From: an uncultured Spirochaetota bacterium
Lineage (GTDB): Bacteria; Spirochaetota; Spirochaetia; SZUA-6; Fen-1364
Length of the DNA stretch: 64,000 nt
Assembly (NCBI GenBank): GCA_963820525.1
Contig: CAWGAA010000003.1
Location: 928,001-992,000 of the forward strand
Direction: 5' to 3'
Below are positions 58,780 through 64,000 of this stretch, in pieces. The notes beneath the pieces were generated by a model. The model was not told the DNA's origin, searched no databases, and worked only from the letters and a program-made list of their open reading frames with translations. Both the position numbers and the translations under genes were made by a program. The stretch's first letter is position 1. Each line of letters begins with the position of its first letter.

Positions 58780-61182
58780 TTACTCTGAGAGGTACCCTGC
58801 CGCTTTTACGTGCACCTTGAGTCGCGCGAAGGCGGCCGCCACTTCGCGTAGGCTCTGTTCGCTTCCGGCCTTGTCCCGATCGTGCGCACAGCGCTCCAGC
58901 CTCGCCGCGGCTTCGCCGAGCTCGCCGGCGCATAGGCCGAGGGCTCCGCCTTTCATCCCATGCCCCTCGAATGCCATCGTTTCCAGGTCTCCCTTTGCTA
59001 ATGCCCGGTCGAGCAGGGGGATCTGGGATTCGACCTTGGAAACGAAGCCGGCAAGCACCCGTTTCACCGTATCGGTCTCTCCCAGGAACGCGGAAAGCGC
59101 CGCCGGGTAATCGAACACGGCCGCATCTCCAGGGCTTTGCGCCGACGTACGCGGACTGCGGAGGGCGGAAGGTGCGCGTTTGGGAAGCCACTTGTCCAGG
59201 ACGGCTGCAAGCTCTGCTTTTCGAAACGGCTTGGAGAGAAGGTCGTCCATGCCGCTCTCCATGCAGCGGGACTTCTCCTCTTCGGTCACGCTCGCCGTGA
59301 CCGCGATGATCGGCGTGCGAACGCCCTTGTCGCGGATGGCGCGGCTGGCTTCTATCCCGTTCATCACCGGCATCTGCACGTCCATGAAGATCACGTCGAA
59401 CTCCGCGGCAAGGGCCTTTTCCACGGCCTCCACCCCGTTTCCCGCGATCTCCAGGGAATGGCCCAGCTTTCCCGCCAGCGTGGCGAAAAGCTGCCGGTTC
59501 ACCTCATTGTCCTCAGCCAGGAGCAGGCGGCCGGGCGCGGCGGCGGCCGTTTCAACCGGCAGGACGTCCTCGGGAGCGCTCTCCGGCTCCCCCGCCTCCT
59601 CCACGGTCTCCAGCTCCCCTTCGAGGCTCGCCACGCGGAACACCTCCTCGAAGAGGAGCGACTTCTTCACGGGTTTGGTGAGGTAGGAGTCGAACCACTT
59701 CAACAGCTTCATCTTCGCCTCTTCGGCGCTCAGGCCGAACGGCGTGAGGAGGATGAGCCGCGTCGCGTTGATCGACGTGTCGGCGTTCACCTCGCTGGCG
59801 AGCTGCCATCCGTCAATGCCCGGCAGGCGGAGATCGATCAGGGCGATCAGGGGAGACTCCGGCGTCCCGGCCTTTTCCCGCAGCATGGCCAGGGCCTCAC
59901 GGCCGTCCCCCGCTTCGGTGACGGCGCATCCCCAGGAGCCGAGGTAGTCCCGCACCGCGGCGCGGGCCGTTGAATTGTCGTCTACCACAAGCACCTGCAG
60001 GCCTTCGAAAAAATCCCCCCGCACGGCCGCGTAGCGGTCGGAAAGCCGCTGCCGCGCCAGGCGAACCGAAAAGATGAAGGTGGAGCCGACGCCCTGGCTG
60101 CTTTCAACGCCGATCGAGCCGCCCATGAGCTCCACCAGGCTGCGGCAGATGGCGAGGCCGAGGCCCGTTCCGCCGTACCGCCTGGTGGTGGACGAATCAA
60201 TCTGCGTGAAGGCCTGGAAGAGCATGCCCTGTTTTTCAGGAGGGATGCCGATTCCCGTGTCCCTCACGCTGAAGCGCAGCGTGACTTCCTCCGCCTCCTC
60301 CTTTTCCAGCTGGATCGATACGGCCACCTCCCCCGCGGGGGTGAACTTCACCGCATTGTTGAGGAGATTCAGCAGGATCTGGCGCAGGCGATGGGGATCG
60401 CCGTGCACCAGATGCGGCAGCCGGTCGGGGAAGTAGGTGATGATCTCCAGGCCCTTCTTGTGAGCCTGCAGGGCCACAAGCCCGACCGCGTCCTCCACCA
60501 CGTCGCACACGTCGAAGTCGATGTTTTCCAGCTGGAGCTTCCCCGACTCGATCTTGGAGATGTCCAGCACGTCGTTGATGAGCGTGAGGAGCACGTCGGC
60601 GGAGAGGCGCACCGTCTCGCCGTAGTCTTTCTGCTCCTCGTTGAGGGGGGTTTCCAGGAGAAGCTCGGTGTTGCCGATGATCGCATGGATGGGCGTCCTG
60701 ATCTCGTGGCTCATGTTGGCCAGGAATTCGCCTCGCGCCCACATCGCCTTCTCCGCCTGATCCCGGGCCGCGCGCAGCTCGGTCTCGTTCTGGGCAAGCT
60801 CCTCGTACGAGCGCTTCCACCGGGTGATGTCATCCGAGACCTTCAGGAGGAAAATGGCCTCGCCCTGCCTGTCGAGAATGGGCGTCACCGAGGCGAGCTC
60901 CCAGTATTGGCCGCCTGAACGGGTGAGCGCGGGAAGCTCCCCGTGCCATTCCCCGCCATCCGAGATCCGGTCCCGCATCTCGTGCAGGATGCCCGCCGCC
61001 TCTTTCGGATACAGCTCCTCGAGCGCGCGGCCGACCGTCTCCTCCCGGGCGTACCCCGAGAGCGCGGTGAACCTCCCGTTCACGTAGCGAACGATTCCTT
61101 GGAGGTCCGCCACGACGATGGCGTTCGGTCCCTGGTCAAGGACAACGCGGCCGATGGCCCGTTCCAGCTCCGTGCGCGTCAT
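58780..61182 (-). CDS. Hybrid histidine kinase (PAS-HisKA-HATPase-REC-REC-HPt)
   Basis: [29 protein letters not shown], two REC domains, HGMKG HPt. Confidence 0.95.
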   Translation of the reverse strand: MTRTELERAIGRVVLDQGPNAIVVADLQGIVRYVNGRFTALSGYAREETVGRALEELYPKEAAGILHEMRDRISDGGEWHGELPALTRSGGQYWELASVTPILDRQGEAIFLLKVSDDITRWKRSYEELAQNETELRAARDQAEKAMWARGEFLANMSHEIRTPIHAIIGNTELLLETPLNEEQKDYGETVRLSADVLLTLINDVLDISKIESGKLQLENIDFDVCDVVEDAVGLVALQAHKKGLEIITYFPDRLPHLVHGDPHRLRQILLNLLNNAVKFTPAGEVAVSIQLEKEEAEEVTLRFSVRDTGIGIPPEKQGMLFQAFTQIDSSTTRRYGGTGLGLAICRSLVELMGGSIGVESSQGVGSTFIFSVRLARQRLSDRYAAVRGDFFEGLQVLVVDDNSTARAAVRDYLGSWGCAVTEAGDGREALAMLREKAGTPESPLIALIDLRLPGIDGWQLASEVNADTSINATRLILLTPFGLSAEEAKMKLLKWFDSYLTKPVKKSLLFEEVFRVASLEGELETVEEAGEPESAPEDVLPVETAAAAPGRLLLAEDNEVNRQLFATLAGKLGHSLEIAGNGVEAVEKALAAEFDVIFMDVQMPVMNGIEASRAIRDKGVRTPIIAVTASVTEEEKSRCMESGMDDLLSKPFRKAELAAVLDKWLPKRAPSALRSPRTSAQSPGDAAVFDYPAALSAFLGETDTVKRVLAGFVSKVESQIPLLDRALAKGDLETMAFEGHGMKGGALGLCAGELGEAAARLERCAHDRDKAGSEQSLREVAAAFARLKVHVKAAGYLSE

Positions 61183-62408
61183 CAGAAATCGGTCTTGAGG
61201 ATCTCCGCGGCCTTCCGCTGGATATCCACGGGCGTGAACGGCTTTGCCATGTAGCTCTTGATCCCGTAGCTCATGGCCTTCACCACGGTTCCCCTCTCCG
61301 AGAGCGCGGAAAGCACGATGACGGGGACTTTGGAATCCGCGCCCTTCATGTGGTCCAGGACGGCGAAGCCGTCCATGACGGGCATGCGCAGGTCCAGAAA
61401 AACGAGGTCGAACTTCCTCGCCTCCATCGCGTCCACGAACTGCCTGCCGTTCTCGAACTGAGCCAGCTCCCACCCCGTCTTGGAGAACGCCGCGGCGACA
61501 AGCTCCCGCGTCACCAGGTCGTCGTCGACCACAGCGACGGTCAGTCCCTTGTCCCCCTCGAAGTTGATCTGAAGAGATTCCGCCATGCCGCCCCGGCTGG
61601 AAAGCATGTCGTCGCGGACGATCGCATGCCCCTCCGGGATGAACTCGCTCACCTTGATTCCGAGGAGCTTGTCCATTGCCTGCGTGAGGTTGTCCACGAT
61701 TTCGATCCCCGCCAGCTTCTCATCCGCGGAAATGAAATCCTTGACGAGGTCCGAAAAGGTGAGGAGCTTGACGGCCTTGGGCGGAACGCCCGTCGCATGG
61801 AGGACGGTGCGGAAGAAGGAGGCGATCTTCTTCGTGTCCAGCTCCGCCGGGGCGATGCCCGTGACGACGACGAGGACCCCGGGAGACTGCATCTGGTAGA
61901 GCTGCATGATCTCCTCGATCCTGTAGCTCATGAGCTCGATCTTCTCCCTGTTGAATCCCTGGGCGGCCTCGATGAAGAGGACCCCTTCGTTCACGTGCAC
62001 ATCGATGGTGCACGGCGTGGTATCCAGCGAGATCTCCACGCCGAGGATCTCCGAGATCGACTTCATCAGCGCGTCGATTCGAAGCGGCTTGGCAAAGAAT
62101 CGGGTGACCTTGTACTGGCCGACGCTCCTGATCATCTCCCGATCCACCTTCGCCGTGAACAGGATCACGGGAATATCCGCCGCAGATTTGCTTTTCGCCT
62201 TCTCAGAAAGGAGCTCGACGCCGTTGATCCGGGGAAGGAGGTACTCCATGATCACCAGGTCGGGCAGGTCGTTCTTCAGCTTGACGAGCCCCTCGAAGCC
62301 GGACCGGGCCTCCAGAACCTCGAAGCCGTGCTCTTTCAGCTTGGACGTGAGATATTTCCGTACCAGATCGGAACCTTCCACGACGAGGATGGTCTTCTTC
62401 ACGGTCAC
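61182..62408 (-). CDS. Response regulator with two REC domains flanking an unknown central domain
   Basis: N-terminal atypical REC (VVEGS, IMEY, KP); C-terminal canonical REC (VVDDD, FLDL, KP). Confidence 0.88.
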   Translation of the reverse strand: MTVKKTILVVEGSDLVRKYLTSKLKEHGFEVLEARSGFEGLVKLKNDLPDLVIMEYLLPRINGVELLSEKAKSKSAADIPVILFTAKVDREMIRSVGQYKVTRFFAKPLRIDALMKSISEILGVEISLDTTPCTIDVHVNEGVLFIEAAQGFNREKIELMSYRIEEIMQLYQMQSPGVLVVVTGIAPAELDTKKIASFFRTVLHATGVPPKAVKLLTFSDLVKDFISADEKLAGIEIVDNLTQAMDKLLGIKVSEFIPEGHAIVRDDMLSSRGGMAESLQINFEGDKGLTVAVVDDDLVTRELVAAAFSKTGWELAQFENGRQFVDAMEARKFDLVFLDLRMPVMDGFAVLDHMKGADSKVPVIVLSALSERGTVVKAMSYGIKSYMAKPFTPVDIQRKAAEILKTDF

Positions 62409-62451
62409 CGCTCCCTCACTTCACTCCTAAGACGCCGTCTTCACGCCGTCC

Positions 62452-64000
62452 CTATCCTTTGAGCCGGAACTGGGAGAGGAGCACGAGCTGTCCCTTGGCC
62501 ATCTCCAGGAGGGACTGCGCGGCTTTCGCCACGCCCATCGCCTGGGCCGACATCTCCCGCGTGGATGCGCTCACCTCTTCCGCGGCCCCCCCGCTCTTTG
62601 CATTGGCTTCGGTCAGGGAGCGGACCGTGGATTCGATCTTCCTGGAGAAACGGGACATCTCCTCAACGGCTTCGAAGATGACCTTCATCCGCCGCTCGTT
62701 CTCCACGGCCAGGGAGCTGATATCGGTGAGGCTGTGTTCCGACACCTCGGCGCTCTCGGCGTTTTCCCTCGCCTGCTTCAGCCCGCGGTCCGTCGCCTCC
62801 ACGGCGGAGGCCACCCGCAGCTGCACGCCCCCGATCAGCGCCTCGATGTCGCCGGCGAGCTTGTTGGACTGCTCGGCGAGCTGGCGGATCTCCCCCGCAA
62901 TGACGGCGAAGCCCTTGCCCTGCTCTCCGGCGCGCGCGGCCTGGATCGAGGCGTTGATGGCCAGCACGTTGGTCTGGTTCGCCAGCTCTCCAATGGCGGC
63001 CACGATGGCGCCGATCTTCTTGGTGTCCTCGTTCAGGGCCTTGATGGCTCCGTCCGCGATGGAAGAGGCTTCCTGCAGGGAACCGACGGTCCGCCGCATC
63101 TGCGTCACCGCGGAAAGGCCGTCCCGGGAAGCGGTCACCACCCTGCGGGCCATCTCGGCGCTCTCGCCGGCGGCCTTGTCCACCTTCTCGACGTTCTGGA
63201 GAAGGGTTTTCAGCTCCCCTCCGGTCCGGTCCACCTCGGATACCTCGAGCTTCAGCGTCTCGGTGATCCTGCCCATCGTCTCCCCAATGGCTGCGGTGGA
63301 CTGGCCGCTCTGCTCTGCGGAGGCCGCAAGGTCCTGGCTCAGCGAGATGACCCGATCGGCATGGCTCGACACGGAAGAGAACATCTCACGCAGGCTCACC
63401 GGCTCGCTGTTGAAGGTGGCAACCGCGACTCCCCCGCGGATGATATCGTTCACCTCCGAAACAAGCTTCCTGTCGAATATGGGAAGTGCGATGCAGTCGT
63501 AGCCTTCGGCCACCAACTGCTTGAGGATGGGTTGGTAGGTGGAGGCGGCGCGAGCGTCTTCTCCCGAATGGGGAGGCTCGATCCATGTGACGTGAGCGTT
63601 CAAGCCCTCCAGCTCGCGGCCCGCATCGAGGGCGCCCTGCTTGACGGGCCGCCAGAACCCCTCCCCGCTCATGCTCACTACGGCGATGCGCAGGAGGTGA
63701 TTCGCACGCTTCTGAACCGGCGCGGCCAGCCTGCTCCGATCTCCGACGCCCGCCCCGTCTTTCGGATCCCAGAAGCGTCTATAGTTCTGCCCCGTCACCG
63801 ACTCGAGCTTTGTCAGCAGGCGGGGGGCGGCCGGCCGCCATCCTTCCACGACGCTGTTGAAAAGCCGAACCACCGGATCGTGCCCCTGCGCATAGGGGTC
63901 CTGGGAAATGGTTGCGCCGATGACGCCGCGCGCCACGTATTCCATCGTCGCCTCGGTCAGGTCGTGGGCAATCACGATTGTCTTCCCTTCTCTGCCGGCA
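62452..64000 (-). CDS. Methyl-accepting chemotaxis-like protein with sugar-binding-protein-like domains, 5' end outside the window
   Basis: [34 protein letters not shown] hairpin; upstream [11 protein letters not shown] and FWRPVKQGA binding-protein motifs. Confidence 0.9.
   Translation of the reverse strand, partial: AGREGKTIVIAHDLTEATMEYVARGVIGATISQDPYAQGHDPVVRLFNSVVEGWRPAAPRLLTKLESVTGQNYRRFWDPKDGAGVGDRSRLAAPVQKRANHLLRIAVVSMSGEGFWRPVKQGALDAGRELEGLNAHVTWIEPPHSGEDARAASTYQPILKQLVAEGYDCIALPIFDRKLVSEVNDIIRGGVAVATFNSEPVSLREMFSSVSSHADRVISLSQDLAASAEQSGQSTAAIGETMGRITETLKLEVSEVDRTGGELKTLLQNVEKVDKAAGESAEMARRVVTASRDGLSAVTQMRRTVGSLQEASSIADGAIKALNEDTKKIGAIVAAIGELANQTNVLAINASIQAARAGEQGKGFAVIAGEIRQLAEQSNKLAGDIEALIGGVQLRVASAVEATDRGLKQARENAESAEVSEHSLTDISSLAVENERRMKVIFEAVEEMSRFSRKIESTVRSLTEANAKSGGAAEEVSASTREMSAQAMGVAKAAQSLLEMAKGQLVLLSQFRLKG

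Noticed and set aside
8767..63502. Long antisense or alternate-frame ORFs (e.g. 8767-10683, 33471-35348, 36840-38474, 40430-41794, 46002-47399, 51137-52927, 55909-57357)
   Set aside because: They are shadows of well-supported genes in GC-rich DNA, with Arg/Pro/Gly-biased composition and no motifs.

Overview
Mosaic bacterial window, mostly GC-rich with several AT-richer blocks. Gene content suggests a free-living spirochaete (inference only). No rRNA, tRNA, CRISPR array, transposase or integrase was recognised. Main modules in order: a serine hydrolase; a damaged LysR / C-GCAxxG-C-C pair; an AlaX-like editing protein; MarR plus a GT1 glycosyltransferase; a ThDP enzyme + Zn-ADH + SCP2 operon; a membrane-LuxR-linked envelope transport cluster (two OM barrels, LolA-like protein, LolD/FtsX-type ABC); GH13; MFS; a MocR / DMT / B3-B4 module; hrpB; a sugar-catabolic operon (deoC, OYE-type reductase, ABC transporter, Gfo/Idh/MocA, TIM-barrel isomerase, GntR); CoADR-rhodanese; a class III adenylate cyclase; WYL + DUF3795; a rearranged second GH12; and an MCP / response regulator / hybrid kinase operon. 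The best candidate for an undescribed system is at 44920-50616. There a PilZ-less cellulose-synthase-like GT2 with a ~150-aa helical insert is translationally coupled between a 7TM-PAS-PP2C-RsbW fusion and a STAS protein, downstream of a GH12 lipoprotein. This suggests glucan synthesis controlled by partner switching rather than c-di-GMP. Six genes carry single-base indels, most in homopolymer runs and probably long-read errors. Several genes are genuine deletion remnants. All family calls come from motif recognition, not database searches.
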